A stretch of DNA of 64,000 nt from an uncultured Pirellulales bacterium (lineage in GTDB: Bacteria > Planctomycetota > Phycisphaerae > Sedimentisphaerales > Anaerobacaceae), in the NCBI GenBank assembly GCA_964507995.1, contig CAZDTD010000001.1, positions 1,348-65,347 on the forward strand, in the 5' to 3' direction. The stretch's first letter is position 1. Each line of letters begins with the position of its first letter. The position numbers were made by a program, and so were the translations under genes. Under the pieces are notes generated by a model. It did not search any database and was not told where the DNA came from. It worked only from the letters and a program-made list of their open reading frames with translations. Shown here one piece after another: positions 53,209 to 62,380 of this stretch.

Positions 53209-56193
53209 TCAGATCCGAAACAACTTCTTGTACCACGGCTCGGGAGCCGGGCCCATCTCCGGCAGGTCTTTGGGTCCCAGCAACGCGAGAAGCTCCTTGT
53301 GAATCTTCTTGAGCTTTCGGAGCTTCCGATCCTGCAATCGTCTCTTCTCCATGATTATCCCGAAGTCGCGGAGAATCTCGCTCTTCTCCTTGTCTATTTC
53401 CTCGGCCATCGTGTTAGACGGCAGTTCCTTGGGCCCCACCAACGTACGAAGCTCCTCATGGATCTTCTTGAACTTTCGGAGCTTCCGACCTCGCAACCGT
53501 CCTCTTTCCATGAGGATCCTGAACTCGCGGAGAACCTCAGTCTTCTCCTTGTCCATTTCCTCGGCCATCGTGCCAAGCTGCTTGGCTTCGGCCTCGTTCT
53601 TCTTCTTGAGGGCGTCGAGCTTCGCCTTCTCGTCCTCCAATCTCTTCTCCTTTGCCTGGAGATTGGTCTGGTCGGCCTCCAGCTTCCTGCGCACCGGCTC
53701 GATCTGTTTGATTTCCGAATCGAGTTTGTCCGTCTGCTCATCGACCTCGTGCCGTTGCTTGCGAATTTGCAGGAGCTCGTCTTGGTGATCTTTGAATCGC
53801 TGGCTCAACTCTCGCCTCTTCTCGTCCAACTCGTGACGTTCCCTCGCGATGTCCTGTTTCACCACATCGATTTCCTGGGATTTCTTCTCGTTCTCCCGAG
53901 CCAGATCCTCGTTTTCTTCCGCCAGCGTTTCATTCTCCTGTGCCATCCTCTGGAGCGTTGCTTTTCGCGACTCCAGCTCAGCCTTTCTTTCTTGCAGCAG
54001 GAATTGCGCTTCGCGGAGCGCCTGGATCTTGCCGTCCAGCTCATCCACCTCTTGGCTGACGGTCTCGATCTGCTCGTTTGTCTCGAGCAGCGCTCTGTTG
54101 ACTTTCGCGTCCACCTCGGCCACTCTCCGCATGACGGCGGACTGCAGATCGGAGACGTCTTTCAAAGACGCCTTCAACTGCTTCTCGGACGCGCCGCACT
54201 TGCCGTCGACATCGACCAGACTCTTGCGTCTGTCCTCGAGCGCCTGATTGTCCTGGGTCAGCTTGTCGTTCACGTTCTGCAGACCCTGTTCGTATTCCGT
54301 CATCTTCTGGAGCGCTTCTGTGTGGGCCGACTCGTATGCCTTGAAGGCCGCCACGCCGCCCTGCATGAGCGTCTGGTTGGACTTCAGGACGCTCAGAAAG
54401 AACTTGTCCCAGGTCGCCAGCGTGCTCTCGATGGTGCGCTCCATCTCGCCGACCGCGTCGGCCAGGGTTCGGGTCTGTCCTTCGATCGCCCGAATGTTCT
54501 CGTCGACGACTTGCCAGTGCGTTTCCGCCGTAGAAATCCCCTCTTCCGCCGCGTTGAGGACCTGCTCCTGCAACTCCATGGCGTGCCGGGTGGCCTGGGC
54601 TACGCTCTGCGTCAGCTCCTCTTCCACATCTTGCGGGATTTGTCTTCGGAATTCGAGCAAATGCGCGCTGAACCGGTCGTTGAGAAATCGGAAGCATTCG
54701 AGATCGGTGAGCGGTTTCATGCCGGTGACATACAGGATCTCCCACGGCTGCCGTCCGTCGTCTCCATCGCGCTGCGGCAGCGTCCGCAGCAGCACAGGTT
54801 CGGTTGGATCCGCGTGACCTTCCCAGAGCAACGTGCGGATGAGGGACACAAGCGATTCATCTTCCAGTCGGGGACGTATCTCGTCTCCGTACCGCACGAA
54901 TAGCGGCAAGTGCCACTCGTGCCAGTCCGCGCGTTGGATGAAGACTTCGTCGGCAAGCTGCGTGAGCAACTGGCTGTGCGTCGCGGGACGGGTATCAATC
55001 ACTACGTGCAGGCCGTAGCGTTCCCCCTCGGTGGGATGCGGATCCTCGTAGAATCCATACTTCATGTGCTGCAAGTAGCCGTAGGGCTGTTCGAGCAGAC
55101 GACGAAAACTCGGATTCAACGCAGGCGCCGGCCCCGTGTCTTCACCGCCGGCCGCCAGCATCTGTCGGAATACGAAGGCCAGGTAGATGTTCTCGCGTCG
55201 AATCAGATGCGCAGTCCGGTGATCGCGGACGAGATCCTCGATCGCGCGCTGATGCCATGCAATGTCGTTCTCGATCGACTCTGCGGTAGCGGTCACGCTG
55301 CGACTGTCCCGCTTGACGTGCAGGTCCAGGACCGCATCCCCGGACGGGGAGCGGGACGTCAGGTACACGCTGGGCGCCGCCTCGTCCTGCGGCAGGTACA
55401 GGGGTGTCTTCTGGAACTGGAAGATGTGCCCGAACTCGCGCTCCTCCAGACACAACCAGCGAGGTTCCATCTTCGCGGGTTTGTTCTGGCCGCGGCCGGC
55501 GCGGTTGTTCCGCGGGGAGTCCGCACAGATCAGCACCATGCGGGATTGGGTATCCGTCAAATCGTACAGATGGTCCAGGTCCGTGAGCGGATGCTCGTAA
55601 TCCCACTCGACGTAGTAAGGGCAATCGGTTGCGTTATGCAGACGATAGAACGCCACCGCGCGGACAGCCTCGCGGTCACGTCCGAGTGTCCAGTCGCCCG
55701 GCGGGCAGAACCCTTTCGGGACCTGGCCGACCAACAGCAGATGTGTCAATCCGTCGCTCTCCCGACGGGGCTCGATGAATCCAACGCGGATGTCCCCGCA
55801 TCCCATGTCCAACAGTTGCGTGTGCCAGTCGCGGTACTGGCGGTCCTTCGCGTCGAACAGCGCGACTGCGACGCCATTGGCGCCCGGCGACTCCATGCGA
55901 GGAATCAACCGGATGCGCTGGAGCAACTTGTTGATCGTGTGAGACTTCCCTCCGGGAGGGTTCTTCGCATTTTCGAGACCGGGCACTCTCGCCAGCCGCC
56001 GCAACAGCGCGAAGCTGTCCGGATGAATCCCTCGAATCAGGACCGTGAAGTATTCCCTGCCGCTGGAGCCGGAGACGATGATCTCGTCGACATCGTTGCG
56101 ATTGAGGTGGAGCGCCTGGCGGTTTCGCAACGTCAGCGACAGGAACTCGACACAGGCGCCGAGGTCCTTGAATTCAACGCCGTAATCACTCAT
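53209..56193 (-). CDS. 994-aa protein: ~500-aa globular N-terminal region of unknown fold plus ~450-aa SMC-like coiled coil with tandem 53-aa C-terminal repeats
   Basis: RBS GGTGGAGTGAAGAGG. The coiled-coil region is Glu/Lys/Gln-rich ('LQERKAELESRKATLQRMAQENETLAEENEDLARENEKK'). C-terminal repeats 'MAEE.DKEK.E.LR.F.I.ME..RL..RKLRK.KKIH.EL..L.GPK.LP'. Confidence 0.85.
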   Translation of the reverse strand: MSDYGVEFKDLGACVEFLSLTLRNRQALHLNRNDVDEIIVSGSSGREYFTVLIRGIHPDSFALLRRLARVPGLENAKNPPGGKSHTINKLLQRIRLIPRMESPGANGVAVALFDAKDRQYRDWHTQLLDMGCGDIRVGFIEPRRESDGLTHLLLVGQVPKGFCPPGDWTLGRDREAVRAVAFYRLHNATDCPYYVEWDYEHPLTDLDHLYDLTDTQSRMVLICADSPRNNRAGRGQNKPAKMEPRWLCLEEREFGHIFQFQKTPLYLPQDEAAPSVYLTSRSPSGDAVLDLHVKRDSRSVTATAESIENDIAWHQRAIEDLVRDHRTAHLIRRENIYLAFVFRQMLAAGGEDTGPAPALNPSFRRLLEQPYGYLQHMKYGFYEDPHPTEGERYGLHVVIDTRPATHSQLLTQLADEVFIQRADWHEWHLPLFVRYGDEIRPRLEDESLVSLIRTLLWEGHADPTEPVLLRTLPQRDGDDGRQPWEILYVTGMKPLTDLECFRFLNDRFSAHLLEFRRQIPQDVEEELTQSVAQATRHAMELQEQVLNAAEEGISTAETHWQVVDENIRAIEGQTRTLADAVGEMERTIESTLATWDKFFLSVLKSNQTLMQGGVAAFKAYESAHTEALQKMTEYEQGLQNVNDKLTQDNQALEDRRKSLVDVDGKCGASEKQLKASLKDVSDLQSAVMRRVAEVDAKVNRALLETNEQIETVSQEVDELDGKIQALREAQFLLQERKAELESRKATLQRMAQENETLAEENEDLARENEKKSQEIDVVKQDIARERHELDEKRRELSQRFKDHQDELLQIRKQRHEVDEQTDKLDSEIKQIEPVRRKLEADQTNLQAKEKRLEDEKAKLDALKKKNEAEAKQLGTMAEEMDKEKTEVLREFRILMERGRLRGRKLRKFKKIHEELRTLVGPKELPSNTMAEEIDKEKSEILRDFGIIMEKRRLQDRKLRKLKKIHKELLALLGPKDLPEMGPAPEPWYKKLFRI
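53255..53572. repeat. Tandem direct repeat, 159-nt period, 2 copies (53 aa each), at the 3' end of the coiled-coil gene
   Basis: 'ctcggccatcgtg' occurs at 53401 and 53560. 'cttcttga.ctttcggagcttccga' recurs at the same 159-nt offset. Confidence 0.85.
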
Positions 56194-56299
56194 ACGAACC
56201 TCTTCACTCCACCATTGTCATTCATCCAACACTTGCCTGCCCTCGCGTCATCCGAGACGGTCGAAGGCTCTCATGCGTGCGCAAAGCACGACAGCACCG

Positions 56300-58177
56300 C
56301 TACGCCAGGCGGACTTGGTGTCGAACGCTGCTGCCTCGCTGTCTGACCCGGCCCATCACCGATTCCACGAATTCGCTTCGAAGCACCCGAAGAGCGACCT
56401 TGGGCAGTTCGCCCCGATTCAGCGCGGTGCTGGCTTCGCTTGTCGTCTTCGGGCACAGATAGAACCAGGAGGTTTCGCCTCTCTTGGCCAACTGCTCGTC
56501 AGCATCGGGCGCCGTCATATCCACGCCTATCAACGTCAGACTTTGTCGCGAGCGCATTTCGAAGCCGGAATGGCGCCCGACGACACTGAGAAACGTCGGC
56601 AGGTCGAGCATAGAACCAACCAGCACGAGATGCACGGCGTGGTACGGCCTGGTGCTCTGGGCCTCGTGACGCAGGAACGTACCGACGAGCGGATCGACCA
56701 TCTGCCCCGGCAGGAGATACCCGCGCCGGTGTCGGCGGGACTGGCTTACCTCCGGCAACAGGTCAAAGAACCCGGGAACGAGATTGTCGAAGGCCATCGC
56801 CTGTTCGATCCGGTTCTCCAGGACCTCCCGGGAGCGTCTCAAGGGCATCTTCCGAAGGTCGAATTTGCTGTGCACAACGGTGTCGCCCCCTTTCTGACGC
56901 ACGCCAAAAACGGCCACATCCACATCGACAGAAGCATACCGGCGCACGTGCTCCAGAGCCTCGTCGACGAAGACATGCCGACAGGCGTGCTCGAGGGCCT
57001 CTCGCAGGTCGCGGATCAGGTCGAAGGTCTGTCGTTTGGCCCACACGTACGCATGGCTGTACCTGTGCACGGCGGGACCGGAAAACTCCGGCGGGCCTTC
57101 AGCGCCCGCGCCGGTCACGAAACAGACCAGAGCCCTGTGCCGAGGCACGAGATCTCGCGGATTCTCGCGCTTGTAGACCAGAGGCTTTCGATTGAGAAGG
57201 ATGTCCGCCAGGGCCAACATACCACGAGATCTGCGATATTCCGGCATGAGGCACGACGGATTCTCAGACGGGTTGTCAAGAGTCTGCGCGCGGTCCCAGG
57301 CCTTGACCACCGACAACTCCGACGGCAGGATGCTGATCAAGGGGTCCTCGGGTAGCTTCACCTCCGCACGAGTCACTCCGGCGTTCGTCCCAGGCAGAAC
57401 GGATCGCGTATGCTTGATCGTCTCGGTTCGGTGCAGGGGAGGAGGATCGTAGTCGAGCGTCGGCTTGTTCGGCGCCTGCAGGCACGCCGCGACAACTTGA
57501 AAGTCGAGATACTTCTGTGGATTGGGTGTTTGGGCTGCCACGTATGCCACGAACAGCGGCGCGAGACCCGGGACCTGGGTCGTCTCGTCAGCCGGTCTCG
57601 GATAAGACACGGCGCCCTCCTTCCCCGTCTCGACCACCAGCGGCAGACGACCCAGCAACTCACCGCCACGGTAGTTGAAGACATCCACCGCCTGATCGCC
57701 CTCGGCCGTCTCCAGCCACGACAGACTCCCCAACGGACTCGCCTGCAGTTCACTCCAGACCCCGGCGAGTGCATGTACCATGGACTCCACGAGGATCCGT
57801 TCCACCTCCGGCTGAGCATCCTCAGGGGACTTGTCTCGGATGCTGCGCGCGACGGTCAGCAAAGGCGACCTCTCAATCCGCTCGACGAATTCCGTGTACA
57901 CCTGGCGTGGATCCCCCTGCGGCAAACCGGTTCCATGTATCGTAGCCGTCCGCTCACAGAGGATCATCCCCAGGTCGAACACAGGAGCCATCGCGCCGCG
58001 GTAGCCTGTCTGCACGGCCGGGCAATACCAGTGGTTGAACGCGCGCACGAACCAGCGGCGCAGCAGGAAGTCGTTTGTCCTCACCGCGCACGCGGCCAGA
58101 GATTGCATTGCGGCCTTCACGAAGGCAAGCTTCGCGAGGGCAGGCTCAGCACCGCTGTCGTGTTCCCATTGACCCAT
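56300..58177 (-). CDS. MoxR-partner protein with a possible degenerate vWA-like (MIDAS-less) Rossmann domain
   Basis: - Immediately downstream of the MoxR-like gene (30-nt gap).
- The strand/helix pattern 'ALVCFVTGAGAE...VDVAVFGV...HLVLVGSMLD...LTLIGVDM' resembles vWA beta1/beta2/beta4/beta5.
- There is no DxSxS motif.
- ATG at 58177 (RBS AAGGA) is preferred over GTG at 58183. Confidence 0.7.
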   Translation of the reverse strand: MGQWEHDSGAEPALAKLAFVKAAMQSLAACAVRTNDFLLRRWFVRAFNHWYCPAVQTGYRGAMAPVFDLGMILCERTATIHGTGLPQGDPRQVYTEFVERIERSPLLTVARSIRDKSPEDAQPEVERILVESMVHALAGVWSELQASPLGSLSWLETAEGDQAVDVFNYRGGELLGRLPLVVETGKEGAVSYPRPADETTQVPGLAPLFVAYVAAQTPNPQKYLDFQVVAACLQAPNKPTLDYDPPPLHRTETIKHTRSVLPGTNAGVTRAEVKLPEDPLISILPSELSVVKAWDRAQTLDNPSENPSCLMPEYRRSRGMLALADILLNRKPLVYKRENPRDLVPRHRALVCFVTGAGAEGPPEFSGPAVHRYSHAYVWAKRQTFDLIRDLREALEHACRHVFVDEALEHVRRYASVDVDVAVFGVRQKGGDTVVHSKFDLRKMPLRRSREVLENRIEQAMAFDNLVPGFFDLLPEVSQSRRHRRGYLLPGQMVDPLVGTFLRHEAQSTRPYHAVHLVLVGSMLDLPTFLSVVGRHSGFEMRSRQSLTLIGVDMTAPDADEQLAKRGETSWFYLCPKTTSEASTALNRGELPKVALRVLRSEFVESVMGRVRQRGSSVRHQVRLA

Positions 58178-58213
58178 TGCCACATCCTTTTCGCGCAGGT
58201 TCGCGCAATTGCC

Positions 58214-59464
58214 TTATGACTGTCCGAAGCGCCGCTTTCGTTCGTCCACGGCCTCTCGCAGCGGCGGGGCCGCTTCGAGATCTCGGAAACAGTACTTGAA
58301 CACGTCCAACTCATCGATCTCGAGCGCATCGTGACCTCTGAGCAGGGCCAACCCTCGAGCCAGGCTATACAGCTTGGAGTAAGAGCGGTCGGATATCTCG
58401 AATTCACGTCTCAAAGACTTGAAGGTCTTGAAGAACGCCTCCAGGAATCGCTCCTGACGATTGTCCATACGGTCCTTCAGACGACCGCCGTACTTCACAT
58501 GGAGCACCCGGTGCAGGAGGCGGAAATGGTTGACGCTCGCAACCTGCTCGATCCGGCCGGCCCGCTCTTGTTCCTGGGGGCTGCCGGGAAAGAGACTCTC
58601 ACAGGCCTGCGACAACGATTTCTTCAGCAGGTCTTGCGCATTCTCGAACGTGTCGTCGATAGGCAGACAGGGCACGCGCACCGGGAATCGGTCATACAGC
58701 GCCGACAGTTCCTTCTCTTCCGGCGGCTCATTACTGGCCCCGAAGACCATACACAACGGCACGCGCGTGGGTCGCCCGGCATTGTAGAAGAGCCGTTCGT
58801 TCATGATGCTCAGAAGCGCGTTGAGAATGGCGCTGTTGGCCTTGAAGATCTCATCCAGGAAGGCTACTTCCGCTTCGGGCAACAGGCCCAGGGTCTGGCG
58901 ATAGAAGATGGCATGGTCGATCATCAAGGACAGATGTGCCGGGCCCAGCAACTCTTCAGGAGTCGTGAATCGCGTCACGAGATACTCGAAGTACCCTCTT
59001 GACTCTTGTTGGCCGGTCCCTGCGAGAGTGGATCGTGCGCGCTCGGACCCCTCCGGCGCTGTGGCAACCTGCCCTGCTGTGTCCCCGACGGGCTGCACCA
59101 GCTTCTCCATCTCTTCCGCCAGCTCTGTAATGGTCATCGGCTGGTGCTGCAGACCCAGACCGTAGCTGAGCACGCGGAACACGTTGGACTTGGCGGTTCC
59201 GGGCGGACCCAAGGCCACCATCGGCACGTGTGCGATGAAGCAGGCCAGTCCCATCTCGATCAGCTCGCTGCGCCCGACGAAGCGATTGTTCAATTCCTCC
59301 TGAAGGCCCGTGACGGCCCGCAACAAGGCATCCATCAAGCCTTTGTTCTGGGACAGCTTGTGCGTTTGCGCCTCGGTGAGCTGTTCGATGGAGTCCCTCA
59401 CCTCCGTTGAACCGAACTTCTCACAGCCCTGCTGCAGCCAGTGGCCGAACTGGTCATGGGACAT
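58214..59464 (-). CDS. MoxR/RavA-like AAA+ ATPase
   Basis: Walker A 'ALGPPGTAKSNVFRVL', Walker B 'FLDEIFKANSAILNALLSIMNERLF' and sensor-1 'VFGASNE' give the RavA/MoxR-type pattern. Strong RBS GAGGAG. Confidence 0.88.
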   Translation of the reverse strand: MSHDQFGHWLQQGCEKFGSTEVRDSIEQLTEAQTHKLSQNKGLMDALLRAVTGLQEELNNRFVGRSELIEMGLACFIAHVPMVALGPPGTAKSNVFRVLSYGLGLQHQPMTITELAEEMEKLVQPVGDTAGQVATAPEGSERARSTLAGTGQQESRGYFEYLVTRFTTPEELLGPAHLSLMIDHAIFYRQTLGLLPEAEVAFLDEIFKANSAILNALLSIMNERLFYNAGRPTRVPLCMVFGASNEPPEEKELSALYDRFPVRVPCLPIDDTFENAQDLLKKSLSQACESLFPGSPQEQERAGRIEQVASVNHFRLLHRVLHVKYGGRLKDRMDNRQERFLEAFFKTFKSLRREFEISDRSYSKLYSLARGLALLRGHDALEIDELDVFKYCFRDLEAAPPLREAVDERKRRFGQS

Positions 59465-59504
59465 ATCCGAGTCTCCTCATGCGTTGACCTGTGTAAACCA
59501 CGAA

Positions 59505-61175
59505 TCATTCATGCGTGTAACGATAGGACCGGGCCGCGGGTACATTGCCCTCATCCCTGTCCTTGTCTTCTTCCTCCGGGACGCTTTGCGGAGCAATCTC
59601 CGCTGCCGGTTTCTTCCGAGTCTCTTCGGCAGCCAGTTCGGCGATCACGGGAACCTGACTGAGACGCTGGACCAACTCGCTCACCCTGTCCGCAAAAGCC
59701 TGTTGATCCCTCGGGTCGTCGTATTGAGGGTGCAGATGGCTGGTGGCAACCCGGGAGACGCCGAGCCAGTGTGTAATGATGTCTTCCAAAGAACGTTGAC
59801 AAGCCCGACGGCCCAGGTTCAGCGGCAGGGTCGCCTTGCCGGTTTCCGTGTACCCTACCAACCACAGGCCCAGACACGAGATGGCCGCACCTCGTCCGAC
59901 GAGCCAGCGTTCAAGGATCGCCTTGGCCAGGTCGTACCACATCCAGGCCCAGTCAGGCAGACGGTGGTCGGCTGTGCTCTGAGCCACTTGTTCTGCGCGA
60001 TGCGCCAGACGGCCGCACCAGCGGGCCAGCGGCACTCGCTCGTCACCTTCTTCAGCCCAGCGTTCCCACAGCAGCGACAGGTTCTCCGACTGCAAATTGT
60101 CCAATGTTGACCACAAGACCTGCGCCAGAAACGCATTCCAGCCATCTTCCACGCCGGGTGCCCTCGGCATCGCCTCCGCCAGTCGTTCGAGAACGTGTAG
60201 AATGCGATCGACATGCTCTGAAGAAGCCTGCGGATGGGACAGCCATTTGCCCATCTCGGAGTACAGATACTGGCGCAGCGGCCCCGCGGCCGGATCGCCG
60301 AACAGGGTATCGAGCCAATGCCAGGCCAGGTGGGTCTCGATTACCGTGTCTTGTTGCTGCGGCAGGATATCCGTCAGGAGCCGCGTGATGGGACTAATCA
60401 TCCGGATTCTGCCCCAGCGCGCGACCAATTCGTCAGGCATTGCCTGGGCAGTCGGCACGGGCGGCTCTACGTTGGAGCCACCTTGTTGGCCCAGGGATAT
60501 GGCAACACGCGCCGTTGTGCGCGGCATCATCCGTCGCTGCAACTGAATCGTCATCAGATGCATGACCGCCAGATCGCCGACACTGCAGTGAGACTCCTCG
60601 AACTGAACCAGAAACTGGTCCACATCGTCGCGCAGCGCGGCCTCCAACTGCGCATCGGCGGCACTATCCTTCTGCGGCGCCGCGTGAACCTCCGGCTTGC
60701 CTGTGAGGAAGGCCCGCCACCAGAGCCAGTTGTGGAGGGCGATGAGGTACCACACCAGCGCAAGGCTGGCACCGGGCCGTCGTATGGAGTCCGTAAGCAC
60801 CTGCTGTCTGAGCCACTTCTCCACTGCGTTGTAGGCCGCCACCGGCACGGGATGACACAGCGACTGTATGCGTGTCAACCATAGTTGGTCATAGGCTTCG
60901 CTGATCGCGGACTGGCACTGGTCGCTGGCCGTCACATACAACGACCATCGCAAGTCGAAAGACTCGCGCGGGCGGATTGGATTCTTGCACAGCGTGGGAG
61001 GGAAGCGGCCGGCGCCATCGTCGCGCAGCAGGTCCTCCATCATGTCGATGAGAACGCGGAATGTGGATTCCATGTTCCGTCGCTCTGCGGAGAGAATCTC
61101 CTTCGCCTTTTGAAGACCCTGCCTCTGTTCGGGCGTCTTCTGGGGATTGACAGCACTATCCGAACCAATAGACAT
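59505..61175 (-). CDS. All-alpha hypothetical protein (556 aa from ATG 61175; ORF open to 61262)
   Basis: The ATG at 61175 is preceded by AGGAAG. The upstream in-frame ATG at 61262 lies inside a 15-bp hairpin and lacks an RBS. Trp/Leu-rich helical sequence with no recognisable motif. Confidence 0.75.
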   Translation of the reverse strand: MSIGSDSAVNPQKTPEQRQGLQKAKEILSAERRNMESTFRVLIDMMEDLLRDDGAGRFPPTLCKNPIRPRESFDLRWSLYVTASDQCQSAISEAYDQLWLTRIQSLCHPVPVAAYNAVEKWLRQQVLTDSIRRPGASLALVWYLIALHNWLWWRAFLTGKPEVHAAPQKDSAADAQLEAALRDDVDQFLVQFEESHCSVGDLAVMHLMTIQLQRRMMPRTTARVAISLGQQGGSNVEPPVPTAQAMPDELVARWGRIRMISPITRLLTDILPQQQDTVIETHLAWHWLDTLFGDPAAGPLRQYLYSEMGKWLSHPQASSEHVDRILHVLERLAEAMPRAPGVEDGWNAFLAQVLWSTLDNLQSENLSLLWERWAEEGDERVPLARWCGRLAHRAEQVAQSTADHRLPDWAWMWYDLAKAILERWLVGRGAAISCLGLWLVGYTETGKATLPLNLGRRACQRSLEDIITHWLGVSRVATSHLHPQYDDPRDQQAFADRVSELVQRLSQVPVIAELAAEETRKKPAAEIAPQSVPEEEDKDRDEGNVPAARSYRYTHE

Positions 61176-61250
61176 TCTGATCTTCCTGCGCTGAATTCTG
61201 GAACTGCAACTGCCGATCGGCCCGTCAAACACGGAGCCGGTCAGGCGGGA

Positions 61251-61285
61251 AGGCTTCCGCATGCACGCGCTGCATCCGGAAGCCT
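61251..61285. other. Strong inverted repeat / hairpin (15-bp stem with 1 mismatch, 5-nt loop)
   Basis: 'AGGCTTCCGCATGCA-cgcgc-TGCATCCGGAAGCCT'. 14 of 15 positions pair; checked base by base. Confidence 0.7.
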
Positions 61286-61295
61286 GCCGTGCGTA

Positions 61296-61613
61296 TCATG
61301 TGCTGCTGTATTCAACAGACCGGGCGTCTCGCTCCGGCCAATCCACCATCACCTGAGAACATACCTTGGAGGATGGAAATGTCAGCACAGCGGTTCCGTT
61401 CTCATTTGTGGGCTGCTTCGCCAGACACCGTCCGTCTTCATCTACCGCGCTGACGGTTACCTGCCGGACATTGAGATGCATGCTGTGGATAGTGACACGT
61501 ACCGAGCCCCGAAAAGGCACCACTTCAACGGCGTACCCGTCAAAGGCTACGATCTTCGGTGTGGTCCCCATCAGTCGCCGATACGTATTCGCGATGTTCC
61601 GTCTGAATTCCAT
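61296..61613 (-). CDS. Possible small beta-sandwich protein (106 aa)
   Basis: From the internal ATG at 61613 ('MEFRRNIANTYRR...'). 'VTVSAVDEDGRCLAKQPTNENGTAVLTF' resembles carboxypeptidase-regulatory-like or Ig-like strands. The RBS is weak (AAAGGG). Confidence 0.35.
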   Translation of the reverse strand: MEFRRNIANTYRRLMGTTPKIVAFDGYAVEVVPFRGSVRVTIHSMHLNVRQVTVSAVDEDGRCLAKQPTNENGTAVLTFPSSKVCSQVMVDWPERDARSVEYSST

Positions 61614-62351
61614 CAATCTGCCCTTTACACTTCTGTCGGTTCGGGATGTGTTTACAGTACATTCCCCAGAAGCAGCAGACTTCTCATGGGTTGATTTCCT
61701 CTCGGGGCCACAAAACTGCGCCTGCTCCGAACGCCGCCCAGACGATCTTGACCGCCTCGCCAATCCAGCAACCGCTCGCATCGGAATATCCTATCTCCAT
61801 CCATCGTCCATATAGACTCTCCGGTCCGTCTCTCCCCGGGCTTACGTCCGAGAATACTGGCCCCGGGTAGTCTCCACCGGTTCCAAGACTCAGACCGCAA
61901 GTCATTATACGAAGACAGTCATGCTTTGCAACATCTGTTTCGGTCGCCAATTGCGTCGAGAATCTCCGTCCGCGCGCCGTGGCCCAATCCCCTTCCGTGA
62001 GTGGAGACGAGAACTTCTCCACGCCGTAAGTCCATGAGCTCACTTGCCTTACCAACCCCAGCACATAGATCGCGTGACTTGGCCACGAGAAGTTGTTCCG
62101 ATGGCCGTATCTTCAGTAGAAGCCCGGCCGCTTCGGCCCTGCGAGTCTCGTCCGGAGCCGACAGAACGATTGATGTGGAGATTCTGGAATTATGGCTGCA
62201 ACATGAACATGATTCCGTGTTCGATGGGCAGCGGCTCGGAAAGAAGGTGATTCCGGTCGCGAGAACCAACATCACCACGGGTACACAATCGTCGGGTGTG
62301 ATGGGTAACACAATGGTGCTGCTCGAAATATGCAGAAGACGACAGCCATCG

Positions 62352-62380
62352 TTGAATGATCGTGCGCCACTGGATATAAT
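62352..62380 (+). promoter_or_regulatory. Near-consensus sigma-70 promoter TTGAAT - 17 nt - TATAAT upstream of the vWA gene
   Basis: -35 TTGAAT at 62352-62357. -10 TATAAT at 62375-62380. Spacer exactly 17 nt. Located 105 nt upstream of the ATG at 62485. Confidence 0.5.

Noticed and set aside
50625-57355. Plus-strand ORFs 50625..51902, 52047..53084, 52373..53302, 52951..54903, 54910..56346 and 56273..57355.
   Set aside because: They are antisense to RBS-supported minus-strand genes with clear motifs (MoxR operon, coiled-coil protein). Their composition is Arg/Leu/Pro-rich and repetitive, mirroring the coiled-coil codons.
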